Source: Thermoflexia bacterium (GTDB taxonomy: Bacteria > Chloroflexota > Anaerolineae > B4-G1 > DUEL01). From it: a stretch of DNA of 52,182 nucleotides. The notes below the pieces were generated by a model, which worked only from the letters and a program-made list of their open reading frames with translations, was not told where the DNA came from and ran no database searches. Shown piece by piece: positions 8,601-16,145 of the stretch; position 1 is the stretch's first letter; the number at the start of each line of letters is the position of its first letter. Made by a program: the position numbers and the translations under genes. The DNA lies in assembly GCA_011192125.1 (NCBI GenBank), contig DUEL01000012.1, forward strand, positions 23,622-75,803, given 5' to 3'.

Positions 8601-9135
8601 CGCCCACGATAGCGAAGTCCCGATCAGCCCGGCCCTCCAGGGCCCCGTACATCACCAACCCCGTGTTGACCCCGATGCGCATCGTCAGGCGGAAGCCCCG
8701 CTCCCGCTCCAACTCCTCGTTGAACGATTCGAGGGCCTCCTGCATCGCCAGCGCGGCCCGCACGGCCATCTCCTCGTGGTTCTCCAGCGCTTTGGGCGCG
8801 CCGAAGATGGCGAGGATAGCGTCGCCGATGTACTTCTCAATGGTCCCGCCGTACCGGAGGATGGCCGGGTTCATCCGCTGGAAGTAGGCGTCCATCACGG
8901 CGGTGACGTCCTCGGGGTCCATCTTCTCCGACATCGCGGTGAAGCCAGCGAGGTCGGAGAAGAGGACGGTGACGCGTTTCCGTTCCTCGGAGGGAGGGGC
9001 GGCGCGGGTCAGGGCGAGGAGCCGTTCGCGCAGCGGGGCGAGGGCCGCCTCGACGACGGCGTCCCCCAGGGTGGCCCGTTGGGCCTCCAGGGCAGCGATC
9101 GCGGTGCGAAGTTGTTCGATCTCCTCGGCAGACAT
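5662..9135 (-). CDS. class III adenylate/guanylate cyclase - STAND/AAA ATPase - TPR multidomain protein
   Basis: VLFSDLAGFT, KYIGDA and DFAIVGDTVNLASRLE cyclase motifs; Walker A GEAGVGKT; Walker B LLVVEDLHWAD; GNPFFLEE; many C-terminal TPR-like repeats. Confidence 0.92.
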   Translation of the reverse strand: MSAEEIEQLRTAIAALEAQRATLGDAVVEAALAPLRERLLALTRAAPPSEERKRVTVLFSDLAGFTAMSEKMDPEDVTAVMDAYFQRMNPAILRYGGTIEKYIGDAILAIFGAPKALENHEEMAVRAALAMQEALESFNEELERERGFRLTMRIGVNTGLVMYGALEGRADRDFAIVGDTVNLASRLESACPPGRVMISAETARPLHALFDFEPPRQIRVKGKAEPITVYVVVGEKARRGPTRGVPGLQAPMVGREEELRTLQTAFHQLLTGERWQTVTVVGEAGVGKTRLRREFIAWVARTYPMARTLLGRCFAHTQNTPYALLADLLGGLFDLGADREGQTERLAAELQRLAPDVEGEELRYWLGSVSGVLGIPLDPDPMAGLDPEQRRDRTFLSLERILHAAARENPLLLVVEDLHWADALSLSFLEWLVNRAGRIWPTGGGCFLLALSRPEEEDSAYGRLLTCLSQPPGQRLLLRPLDAEASGTLVARLLDESDLPEDLLDLLLDRAQGNPFFLEEILRSLIEEGVLNRDPATGRWQVTRAVTQIQVPGTVQGVIAARLDRLPSLDKYVLQRAAIVGRTFWRGVLSKIEEGTETSAVVEALGRLESGGWVYRPGESTIADEEEWHFHHSLARDVAYESLPRRVRRPVHARVAEWLEQRAGSIPSFFSLIAHHYEQGNVLKKAVIYLRKAGEQAAGQFANADAIAYFSHALDLLPRVEADPTWLQEQRYHLLLGREGVYRLTGQREAQAADLEALTSLAREMGDLDRQAEVALRWAAYYEAISEFPAAVSAAQETVGLAEQAGDVRRKTEGLIAWGRALWRQGAFEEARERLEAALALAREHGDRAGEATCLHNIGTILYFLSDFDGAREQLEAALTIRRELGDRRGEAITLGNLAGVYHALGDFSRCKALGEQVLSVYRTLGDRRNEVQALSNLGSVHHSLGHLETARDLYQQAMDLFREIDDRRGIALTAENLGLVLHDLGDDAAARRYCEQALALEREIGDRQGEAYALTYLGLALEGLEEWGGAAEAHREAARIRAEIGQEGPAMYNRVGLARVEAKQGRIEEAVSLAEEALAWMEEHGPASIEYPLHVYLSAAEIFTAAGRQGKAREVVSAAHALLMEQAGRISDEDARRTFLEDVPVHRAIREWAARP

Positions 9136-9182
9136 CGGTCTCCCGGCGTGCGTTGGCCTCTTTGATCGGCGTTGTCACATTT

Positions 9183-9204
9183 ATTGTAGCATAATTGTAG
9201 CATA
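9183..9204 (-). promoter_or_regulatory. tandem 11-bp direct repeat giving two extended -10 elements upstream of the cyclase gene
   Basis: + strand attgtagcata twice; the minus strand reads TGCTACAAT twice. Confidence 0.5.
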
Positions 9205-9260
9205 AAAAGTCCGTGGGGCGAAGGATGGGCGGACCGGTGGCATAAGTCGGACAGTGCCGA

Positions 9261-9342
9261 GTGTCTGTAACAAGTCGGAGATGAGCCTCCGATTCGTTCA
9301 GGACTCGCTGGCCTATCTCTCCTACCAAACTGTTACAGACAC
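9261..9342. mobile_element. MITE-like element with 12-bp terminal inverted repeats
   Basis: gtgtctgtaaca (9261-9272) and tgttacagacac (9331-9342) are perfect IRs around a non-coding 58-bp core. Confidence 0.45.
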
Positions 9343-9359
9343 ATAGTACCGATTTCCTA

Positions 9360-9388
9360 TTGACGTTGTGCCTTATCTTCAGTATAGT
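9360..9388 (+). promoter_or_regulatory. sigma70-type promoter with no downstream + strand gene
   Basis: TTGACG-N17-TATAGT. Confidence 0.7.
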
Positions 9389-9393
9389 TGAAA

Positions 9394-9504
9394 GCGATGC
9401 TGGACAGGTCCCCCGCCCCCTGTTCCGCATCAGAGGCCGTTTGTGGTAACCCTCCTTTCGCAGACCACGGCCCCCTCGCCCAAAGGGGGCCGTGGTCTGT
9501 TTAT
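9394..9504 (+). ncRNA. candidate small RNA (~110 nt)
   Basis: Bounded by a near-consensus promoter and a 16-bp hairpin; 5' stem gatgc.ggacagg/cctgttcc.gcatc; linker carries CCCTCCTTT. Confidence 0.5.
9461..9504 (+). terminator. GC-rich hairpin terminator (possibly bidirectional)
   Basis: Perfect 16-bp stem cagaccacggccccct/agggggccgtggtctg followed by tttat. Confidence 0.7.
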
Positions 9505-9522
9505 GCCCTCGCGCAGCGGTAA

Positions 9523-10224
9523 TTACTCGACGACCAGCAGGATACGTTCGCAGTTTCCGCAGAAGACCAGATCGGTGCCCCGAGCGGCTTGAAGCCGGGC
9601 GGAAGGGACCTCCATCCCACAGCCCACGCAGGCCCCGTTGATCACCTGGGCCACCGCCAGCCCTCCCTTGGTCTGGCGCAGCGATCGGTAGGCCTCTAGG
9701 TCCCCGGGCGGGATAGAGGGGAGCAGCGCGTTCCGCACCTCGGCGATCTCCTGCAGATGGCTCTCTAGGCGTTCTTTCTCCTCTCGCAGCGCTGCCTGCT
9801 CAGCCGACCACTCCCGCTCCACCGCTTCCAGGTGCTCCTGGGCCCGTCGCGCTGCCTCCTCCGCCTCCTCCAGGCCGATCATCGCTTCCAGCAGTTCCTC
9901 CTCCCGCCGCTCCAGCCGCCGCTTCAGCGAGCCGACCTCCGCCTGGAGGTCGCTCAGCTCCTTCGGGTTGCGGACGTTGCCGCTGTACAGCCGCCGCTCG
10001 GAGTCGGCGATCTTCTTCTTGAGGGCTCCGACCTGGAGTTCCAGATCCTGCTGTCGAACGGTCCATCGTCTAACCGCTTCAACCGCCTGTTGCGCGGCTT
10101 CCCGGGCCGATCGGAGGCGTGCGCTCTCCCCCAGCGCTCCCTCCACCTCGGCCAGCCGACGGCGCGTCTTCTCCTCGTCCTGGTCCAGTTCCTGAAGTCG
10201 GTACAGTCGCTTGGCCCGTTCCAT
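9523..10224 (-). CDS. coiled-coil protein with C4-type zinc ribbon (DUF164/CT398-like)
   Basis: LYRLQELD N-terminus, long coiled coil, C-terminal CVGC...CGNCERIL. Confidence 0.88.
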   Translation of the reverse strand: MERAKRLYRLQELDQDEEKTRRRLAEVEGALGESARLRSAREAAQQAVEAVRRWTVRQQDLELQVGALKKKIADSERRLYSGNVRNPKELSDLQAEVGSLKRRLERREEELLEAMIGLEEAEEAARRAQEHLEAVEREWSAEQAALREEKERLESHLQEIAEVRNALLPSIPPGDLEAYRSLRQTKGGLAVAQVINGACVGCGMEVPSARLQAARGTDLVFCGNCERILLVVE

Positions 10225-10240
10225 CTCTTCCCCACCTCAC

Positions 10241-10275
10241 AACGAAAAGGGCCCAATGCCACAGGCATTGGGCCC
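10241..10275 (-). terminator. intrinsic terminator downstream of lgt
   Basis: 12-bp perfect stem gggcccaatgcc/ggcattgggccc followed on the minus strand by ttttcgtt. Confidence 0.7.
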
Positions 10276-10350
10276 GCCAACTCCGGCAGGTCGCGCGACG
10301 GTCTTCCCCGTCGATGCACCGTCCTCGCGCATCCTCACGCTCCCCCCTGC

Positions 10351-11238
10351 CTACTCCTCCGCGCCCTCTTCCGCCGCCTCCTCCGGCCGGGCTGTTTCCT
10401 CTGTCTTCCCCCTGGCCCATCGGTGGCGGACCACCAGGTAGGTTCCGCTGAGGGCGATCAGGAGGAGCGCTACCCATTGGGCTGTGGCCAGCGGGCCGAT
10501 CTTCCAGGCGTCGGGGCGGAAGAACTCGATCCAGAAGCGGCCCAGGGGGTAGCCGATGAGGTAACCGGCGAAGATGTCCCCCGGGCGCAGTCGGCGCTCC
10601 AATTTTCGCGCCAACACCACCAGAGTGATGAACAGCGCGAGGCACCACAACGACTCGTAGAGGAACGTGGGGTGGAAGAGGGTGTCCGGCGGGAGGTCTT
10701 TGTAGATGGGCAGCCGGTGCTCGGCGTCGATCCGCAGGCCGAACCAGGAGGAGCCTGTGGGCGGCCCGTATAGTTCCTGGTTGATGAAGTTGCCCCACCG
10801 GCCGATGGCCTGCCCCAGCGCCAGCCCCGGCGCGCCCAGGTCGAGCAGCCTCGGGATCGGGAGCTTGTAGACGCGAGCGTAGATGACGACGCCGAGGACG
10901 CCCCCGATGATGGCCCCGTAGATCCCCAGCCCTCCGAGCCAGATCTTCGGGATGTCCTCAGGGTGCTCCCGGTACCACGGCCAGCCGCAGGCGTAGCCCG
11001 TATCGGGGGTGCATCCGGCTGGGGTGGAGAAGACGTGGTAGAGGCGGGCGCCGATGATGCCCAGAAGGACCGCCACGGTCAGCCCGTTCCAGATGTGGTC
11101 GGACGCGATTCCGTAGCGAGGGGCCTGTCGGGAGGCGTAAACCGCCCCCAGCAGCACGCCGGTAAGGATGAGGATGCCGTACCAGTGGACGGCGATGGGG
11201 CCGATCTGTACGAGTGTGGGATCGACGGGTGGAGTCAT
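10351..11238 (-). CDS. lgt: prolipoprotein diacylglyceryl transferase
   Basis: VHWYG, IIGARLYHV, GGLGIYG, QAIGRWGNFINQELYG, HPTFLYES and GRFWIEFFR motifs. Confidence 0.96.
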   Translation of the reverse strand: MTPPVDPTLVQIGPIAVHWYGILILTGVLLGAVYASRQAPRYGIASDHIWNGLTVAVLLGIIGARLYHVFSTPAGCTPDTGYACGWPWYREHPEDIPKIWLGGLGIYGAIIGGVLGVVIYARVYKLPIPRLLDLGAPGLALGQAIGRWGNFINQELYGPPTGSSWFGLRIDAEHRLPIYKDLPPDTLFHPTFLYESLWCLALFITLVVLARKLERRLRPGDIFAGYLIGYPLGRFWIEFFRPDAWKIGPLATAQWVALLLIALSGTYLVVRHRWARGKTEETARPEEAAEEGAEE

Positions 11239-11259
11239 ATGTCTCCCTCTGTCTGAAAT

Positions 11260-11322
11260 ACCACAGAGGCACGGAGGTAAAGGGTTTAGAGAAAACTCTG
11301 TGACCTCTGTGTCTCTGTGGTG
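11260..11322. repeat. REP-like palindrome family A, copy 3 (in lgt 5' region)
   Basis: accacagaggcacggagg ... cctctgtgtctctgtggt. Confidence 0.8.
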
Positions 11323-11340
11323 AGAACAACCTTCATCCCG

Positions 11341-11349
11341 ATTATACCA
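11341..11349 (-). promoter_or_regulatory. extended -10 promoter for lgt
   Basis: Minus strand TGGTATAAT. Confidence 0.55.
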
Positions 11350-11374
11350 CGTCGCGGTTGGGAGGCCAGCGGGG

Positions 11375-11752
11375 TCACCGTTTACCGAAGATCCGCATCA
11401 GCGCCCGGGCGATCCAGAAGACCGACCAACCGACTAAGAGGATGCCCGCCAGGGTGATCTTCCCCTCGTCCACCAGCGGCTCGACACGTATGCCCTCCGG
11501 CGCGACCTCGACCATCGCTATGGGGCGTGTGCGCACGCCTCCGCCTCCGCCTCCCCCGACGCCTCCCGCAGCCTCCGCGGTCTCCTCTTCACCCGCTGAG
11601 CCGAAACCCAGACCGAACCCGTAGGACACCTCCGCTACCGGGATCACGGTCCGGCCTTCGGTAGCGACCGGCCTGCCGAAGGCCACGTTGACGTTCGCCT
11701 TCCGGCCCAGCGTCTCCACCGAATCGAACAGCCGTTGCAGGTCGCTCTCCAT
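11375..11752 (-). CDS. YtfJ/GerW family protein
   Basis: VAFGRPV..EGRTVIPVAEVSYGFGLGFG..GGGGGGG..RPIA pattern and a C-terminal TM helix. Confidence 0.85.
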   Translation of the reverse strand: MESDLQRLFDSVETLGRKANVNVAFGRPVATEGRTVIPVAEVSYGFGLGFGSAGEEETAEAAGGVGGGGGGGVRTRPIAMVEVAPEGIRVEPLVDEGKITLAGILLVGWSVFWIARALMRIFGKR

Positions 11753-11753
11753 C

Positions 11754-12068
11754 TCAACCCTCCTTGGATGCCCTGCCTGCCATCCACCCGACCAGCAGTG
11801 AGAGGAACATCACCAGGGCTCCCGCCGCTAGGTATCGGCGCAGGATCCGGCGGGTCTCGTCGGGGATGGGAGTGAACTGTTCCTCCTCGCCCGCTTCGAC
11901 CACGATGCCGATGGGGTGGAGTCGGACGAACCCGCCACCCCACGCGCTGACCCCCCGACCGATGGTGGCCCGCCGCCACACACCGACCGTCCGCCGGACG
12001 ACCGGCACCAACCGCCGCCCCTCCGCCCGAATCGGCCGTCCCCTCACCACTTCGGTCTCGATCTCCAT
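11754..12068 (-). CDS. divergent YtfJ/GerW-like membrane protein
   Basis: VVRGRPIRAEGRRLVPV..GGG..LHPIGIVV resembles the neighbouring YtfJ; C-terminal TM helix. Start placed at ATG 12068. Confidence 0.65.
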   Translation of the reverse strand: MEIETEVVRGRPIRAEGRRLVPVVRRTVGVWRRATIGRGVSAWGGGFVRLHPIGIVVEAGEEEQFTPIPDETRRILRRYLAAGALVMFLSLLVGWMAGRASKEG

Positions 12069-12101
12069 GTCTCGCTCCGGGCTACCCGACAACCTGCCAG
12101 G

Positions 12102-12130
12102 CTCCCGCCGGTTACGGGAACCGGCGGGAG
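12102..12130. repeat. GC-rich hairpin downstream of dprA
   Basis: ctcccgccggtt-acggg-aaccggcgggag, a perfect 12-bp stem with no U-tract. Confidence 0.6.
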
Positions 12131-12148
12131 GCTCCTCCCCACAGGCGG

Positions 12149-13285
12149 TCACTCCAGCCGGTATTCCGCCGGGGACTCTCGTGCAGCGACGTACTTCATC
12201 CCACCCACCTGTCGGACCAGCCCCTTGAGTTCCATCAGGGTCAGGGCGCTGGTGACCTCGGCGATGGGCAGGCCGACCATCCGGCCCAGGTCGTCCACGT
12301 GGACCGGCTCCGCGCCCAGGTGGGCCAGGATGGCGGCCTCCGTCTCCGTCTCGGGCAACACCTCCCGCGCCTGGGCCTGCTCGGCGGCCATCGTCAGGTT
12401 CAACTCGCGCAGAATGTCCGCCGTCTCCATCACCAACTTGGCCCCCTCCTGGATGAGCCGGTTGGTCCCGCCGGACCCGGCGGCCAGGATGGAGCCGGGC
12501 ACGGCGAAGACGTCCCGCCCCTGCTCGGCGGCATAGTCGGCGGTGATCAGCGCTCCGCTCCCCCGCCCGGCCTCGGTGATCAGCACGCCCAGGCTCAGGC
12601 CGCTGATGATCCGGTTGCGCGGGGGGAAGTTCCGGGCCTCCGGCGGTGTACCCAGGGGATACTCGCTGACCAGTGCACCCCGCTCGACGATCCGGCGGGC
12701 CAGCGGTCGGTGCTCCGGCGGATAGACCCGGTCCACCCCGCAGCCGAGGACGGCGATGGTGCGCCCTCCGGCCTCCAATGCTGCCTGGTGGGCGACGCCG
12801 TCGATCCCCCGCGCCAGGCCGCTGACGATGGTGATGCCGCTGCGGGCCAGGTCGGTCACCAACCGGCGGGTGACCTCTTTCCCGTAGACGCTGGCCCGGC
12901 GCGTGCCGACCACCGCCACCGCCCAGGAGTCCTCCGGCTCCAGCGTGCCGCGGACGTAGAGGAGCGGCGGTGGGTCGGGGATCTCCCGCAGGAGGACGGG
13001 GTAATCGGGGTCCTCCCAGGTGATGGCCCGAACGTCCGCCTGGATTACCCGTTTCACCTCCCGGTCGAGGTCCAGCCGCGCCCGTGCCTCCAGCAGGTTG
13101 TGCAGCGATCGGCGGTCCAGCCCTGCCCGGCGGAGCGCGTCGGCGGGGGCGTGCCAGGCCGCCTCGACGTCGCCGAAGGCGTCCAGCAGCATCCGCAACC
13201 GGGCTGGCCCGATCCCCTGGACCCGGTTGAAGCCGATGTAGTAGCGCAGTGCGTGTGAGGCCTGCACCGACATAGAGGAGATCAC
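12149..13285 (-). CDS. dprA: DNA-processing protein DprA
   Basis: AVVGTRRAS, IVSGLARGIDGVAH, FPPRNRIISGLS and GRDVFAVPG motifs; C-terminal wHTH. Confidence 0.96.
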   Translation of the reverse strand: MISSMSVQASHALRYYIGFNRVQGIGPARLRMLLDAFGDVEAAWHAPADALRRAGLDRRSLHNLLEARARLDLDREVKRVIQADVRAITWEDPDYPVLLREIPDPPPLLYVRGTLEPEDSWAVAVVGTRRASVYGKEVTRRLVTDLARSGITIVSGLARGIDGVAHQAALEAGGRTIAVLGCGVDRVYPPEHRPLARRIVERGALVSEYPLGTPPEARNFPPRNRIISGLSLGVLITEAGRGSGALITADYAAEQGRDVFAVPGSILAAGSGGTNRLIQEGAKLVMETADILRELNLTMAAEQAQAREVLPETETEAAILAHLGAEPVHVDDLGRMVGLPIAEVTSALTLMELKGLVRQVGGMKYVAARESPAEYRLE

Positions 13286-13854
13286 TCTTCTAGGAGCCCC
13301 GGCAGGATCTCAACGACCATCCGCCGGGCCTCGAGGTCCAGTTCTCGCACCACCTCCTCGATGGCGGGGATGAGCACCTCGCCCCGGGGGCCGTGGACCA
13401 CGTAGACGTCGTTGGCGCCAGTCTCGATGACATCCGCCACCCTGCCCAGGGATTCACCTTCGGTGGTGACCACCTCCACGCCGACGACCTGGAAGTGGTA
13501 GTATTCCCCTTCCTCGAGAGGGACTGCGGCCTCGATGGGGATCTGGACCCACTGGCCGCGCAGTTCCTCGGCGGCGTTCCGGTCGTCGCAGCCGACCAGC
13601 TTGATCAGCGCCGCCCCTCGATGGAAGCGGATCCCTTCCACCTGGTACGGGGTGGGTTCGGGGCCGATGTAGAGGGTGCGATGGGAGGGCAGTCGCTCAG
13701 GGTAATCGGTCAGGATCTCGACGCGCAGTTCCCCCCGCACGCCGTGGGGACGGAGCACACGGCCGACGACTACAAAACGAGGCTCAGACGACCAAGGCGG
13801 TGGCGCTGAGCCCCTTTTCGTATGCGGTTTGCCAGGCCGGCGGGTACCCCCCAT
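13282..13854 (-). CDS. rimM: 16S rRNA processing protein RimM
   Basis: GRVLRPHGVRGEL, EGEYY, TGANDVYVV, LIPAI motifs; synteny with rpsP. Confidence 0.95.
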   Translation of the reverse strand: MGGTRRPGKPHTKRGSAPPPWSSEPRFVVVGRVLRPHGVRGELRVEILTDYPERLPSHRTLYIGPEPTPYQVEGIRFHRGAALIKLVGCDDRNAAEELRGQWVQIPIEAAVPLEEGEYYHFQVVGVEVVTTEGESLGRVADVIETGANDVYVVHGPRGEVLIPAIEEVVRELDLEARRMVVEILPGLLEE

Positions 13855-13860
13855 CCAATG

Positions 13861-14097
13861 CTAGACGATCTCGAGGGTAACCCGCTTTCCCTGCTTGGCG
13901 GCCAGCACCCGGACCAAGGTGCGCATCGCGTTGGCGGTCCGTCCGCCCTTACCGATGATGCGCCCCATATCCTCCGGGCCGACCCGCAGTTCGAGGATCA
14001 GTGAAGTCTCCCCCTCGATCTCGGAGACGTGCACCTGCGATGGATCATCCGCAAGCGCTTTGGCGATGTATTCGACCAGGTCTTTCATTGCAGACAT
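13861..14097 (-). CDS. khpA: KH domain RNA-binding protein KhpA
   Basis: [19 protein letters not shown]; lies between rpsP and rimM. Confidence 0.92.
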   Translation of the reverse strand: MSAMKDLVEYIAKALADDPSQVHVSEIEGETSLILELRVGPEDMGRIIGKGGRTANAMRTLVRVLAAKQGKRVTLEIV

Positions 14098-14188
14098 CGT
14101 TCGCTCCTCCCTAACTTGTGGTAGGTGAACCGGTTTCGGACGGGGTCGGTGGTGTGGGAGCGGGGTCCTGCCGCCGGGAAAGGCGGGA

Positions 14189-14623
14189 CTACACCTCAGC
14201 CTCCTCCTCCCCCTGGTCCGAGGCGTCAGCCGACACCACCTCCTCGGCCGACGCTTCTTCTCTTGGCGCCTCCGCCTCTTCTTGCGCCCGCGCGGGTTGC
14301 TCGGAGGGCTGGGCCGAAGCGGCCGCCTCCGCCTCCGCCAGCAGCGCCTCCAGCGGTTCCCCAGCCTTCAGCCGCGCGAAACGATCCAGCGTCCCCAGTT
14401 TTCTCAACAACCGTTCGACCGCCTCTGTTGGCTGGGCCCCCACGCTCAGCCAGTAGAGGGCCCGGTCTTCCTTGATCTGAACCGTCTCCGGCTCGGTACG
14501 CGGATTATAGAAACCGATGATCTCGATGAAGCGCCCATCCCGCGGCGCGCGGGAATCGGCGACCACGATTCGATAACTGGGTTGCTTCTTCTTCCCGACT
14601 CGACGCAGCCTGATCTTGACCAT
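14189..14623 (-). CDS. rpsP: 30S ribosomal protein S16 with acidic C-terminal extension
   Basis: [34 protein letters not shown]...GAQPTE. Confidence 0.97.
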   Translation of the reverse strand: MVKIRLRRVGKKKQPSYRIVVADSRAPRDGRFIEIIGFYNPRTEPETVQIKEDRALYWLSVGAQPTEAVERLLRKLGTLDRFARLKAGEPLEALLAEAEAAASAQPSEQPARAQEEAEAPREEASAEEVVSADASDQGEEEAEV

Positions 14624-14651
14624 ATGCCTCCTGACGTCGTTGAAGTTTGGA

Positions 14652-15980
14652 TTATCCCAACAGGCTCAGGAGCCCACGCCCCCGGCCCATCTGACGGCTC
14701 AGCCGCTTCATCATCCGCTGCACCTGGTGGAAGTCCCGCAGCAACGCGTTGACCTCCTGGACCGTCGTCCCGCTGCCCCGGGCGATCCGCCGCTTCCGGC
14801 TGGCGTTCAGGATGCGGGGATTTCGCCGCTCCTCCGGGGTCATCGACAGGATGATCGCCTCTGTCCGCCGCAACCGTCGCTCCAGTTCCTCTGGCGAGGC
14901 TGCAGCGATCGCTCGCCCCATCCCCGGCATCATCTCCAGGACCTCCCCCAGGGAGCCCATCCGGCGGACCTGCCGCAACTGTTCCAGGAAGTCCTCCAGA
15001 TCGAACTCCGCCCGCCGGAGCTTCTCCTCCATCCGACGGGCCTGTTCCTCGTCGAAGACGGCCTCCGCCCGCTCGATGAGGGAGAGCACATCCCCCATCC
15101 CCAGGATACGGGAGGCCATCCGGTCGGGATGGAAGACCTCCAGCGCGTCCGCCTTCTCGCCGGTGCCCAGGAACTTGATGGGCACGCCGGTCACCGCCCG
15201 CATGCTGATGGCGGCTCCGCCGCGGGCGTCCCCGTCGACCTTGGTCAGGATCAGGCCGGTGAGGCCCAACCGTTGGTGGAACCCCTCGGCGACGTGGACC
15301 GCCTCCTGCCCGGTCATCGCGTCGGCGACGAGGAGGGTCTCCACGGGGCGGACCCGCCGGGCGATGGCCTCCAGTTCGGCCATCATCTCCTCGTCCACCT
15401 GGAGCCGACCGGCGGTGTCCAGCACCACCACGTCGTAGCCGCGGCGGCGAGCCTCCTGCACCCCCCGCTCGCAGATCTCCGGCGGCGGGGCTTCGACCCC
15501 CTCGCTGTAGACGGGGAGTTCCAACTGCCGCCCCAATACCTCCAGCTGGGTCACCGCCGCCGGCCGGTAGGTGTCTGCAGCGACCATCAGGGGAAGGCGC
15601 CCGTTCTCTTTGAGGTGCCGCGCCAGTTTGGCGACCGTGGTCGTCTTCCCCGAGCCCTGCAGGCCGACGACCATCAGGACGTAGGGGGGCGGCCCCTTCA
15701 GTTCCAGCCGACCCGGCTCCCCCAGCGTGGTGACCAGTTCCTCGTAGACGATCTTGATCACCTGCTGGGCGGGGCTGAGGGCTCGGCTGACCTCCGCTCC
15801 GACCGCCCTCTCGCGGACGCGGGCGATGAAGTCTTTGACGACTTTGTAATGTACGTCTGCTTCCAGCAGGGCCAGTCGGATCTCCCGCAGGACCTCGTCC
15901 ACGTCTGCCTCGCGGAGGACACCCCGCTTGCGCAGCCGACGGAACACGTCCTGCAGGCGGTTGGTCAGGTTCTCGAACAT
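14652..15980 (-). CDS. ffh: signal recognition particle protein Ffh
   Basis: [24 protein letters not shown] and M-domain [11 protein letters not shown] motifs. Confidence 0.98.
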   Translation of the reverse strand: MFENLTNRLQDVFRRLRKRGVLREADVDEVLREIRLALLEADVHYKVVKDFIARVRERAVGAEVSRALSPAQQVIKIVYEELVTTLGEPGRLELKGPPPYVLMVVGLQGSGKTTTVAKLARHLKENGRLPLMVAADTYRPAAVTQLEVLGRQLELPVYSEGVEAPPPEICERGVQEARRRGYDVVVLDTAGRLQVDEEMMAELEAIARRVRPVETLLVADAMTGQEAVHVAEGFHQRLGLTGLILTKVDGDARGGAAISMRAVTGVPIKFLGTGEKADALEVFHPDRMASRILGMGDVLSLIERAEAVFDEEQARRMEEKLRRAEFDLEDFLEQLRQVRRMGSLGEVLEMMPGMGRAIAAASPEELERRLRRTEAIILSMTPEERRNPRILNASRKRRIARGSGTTVQEVNALLRDFHQVQRMMKRLSRQMGRGRGLLSLLG

Positions 15981-16017
15981 CGGCCCCTGCCGGAATCAGG
16001 TCCCATTTGGTGAATCG

Positions 16018-16046
16018 ATTATAAAGCAGGGGCGGGGTTTCGTCAA
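16018..16046 (-). promoter_or_regulatory. sigma70 promoter for the ffh operon
   Basis: Minus strand TTGACG-N17-TATAAT. Confidence 0.75.
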
Positions 16047-16062
16047 GTTTGATTTCGGCTCG

Positions 16063-16090
16063 TTGAAAACTTTGGCAGCCGTGCTATAAT
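16063..16090 (+). promoter_or_regulatory. divergent sigma70 promoter for the TPR-ttuB-ttuA unit
   Basis: TTGAAA-N16-TATAAT with extended -10 TG. Confidence 0.7.
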
Positions 16091-16145
16091 GTAGGAACCT
16101 TTCAGCGAGCAGTCATCTGGATCCATTGTCTTTTAGGAGAGGATC

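Noticed and set aside
9161-9182. CRP-like site upstream of the cyclase (TCACATTT half-site)
   Set aside because: Only one half-site matches; there is no TGTGA at the required 6-bp spacing.
9397-9522. 41-codon leaderless ORF (MLDRSPAPC...) after the orphan promoter
   Set aside because: It runs through the terminator hairpin and has no recognisable features; an sRNA is the simpler reading, though a peptide is not excluded.
14098-14188. Possible SRP RNA or other ncRNA near ffh/rpsP
   Set aside because: No SRP domain IV motif or tRNA-like fold found; only a short GC hairpin.
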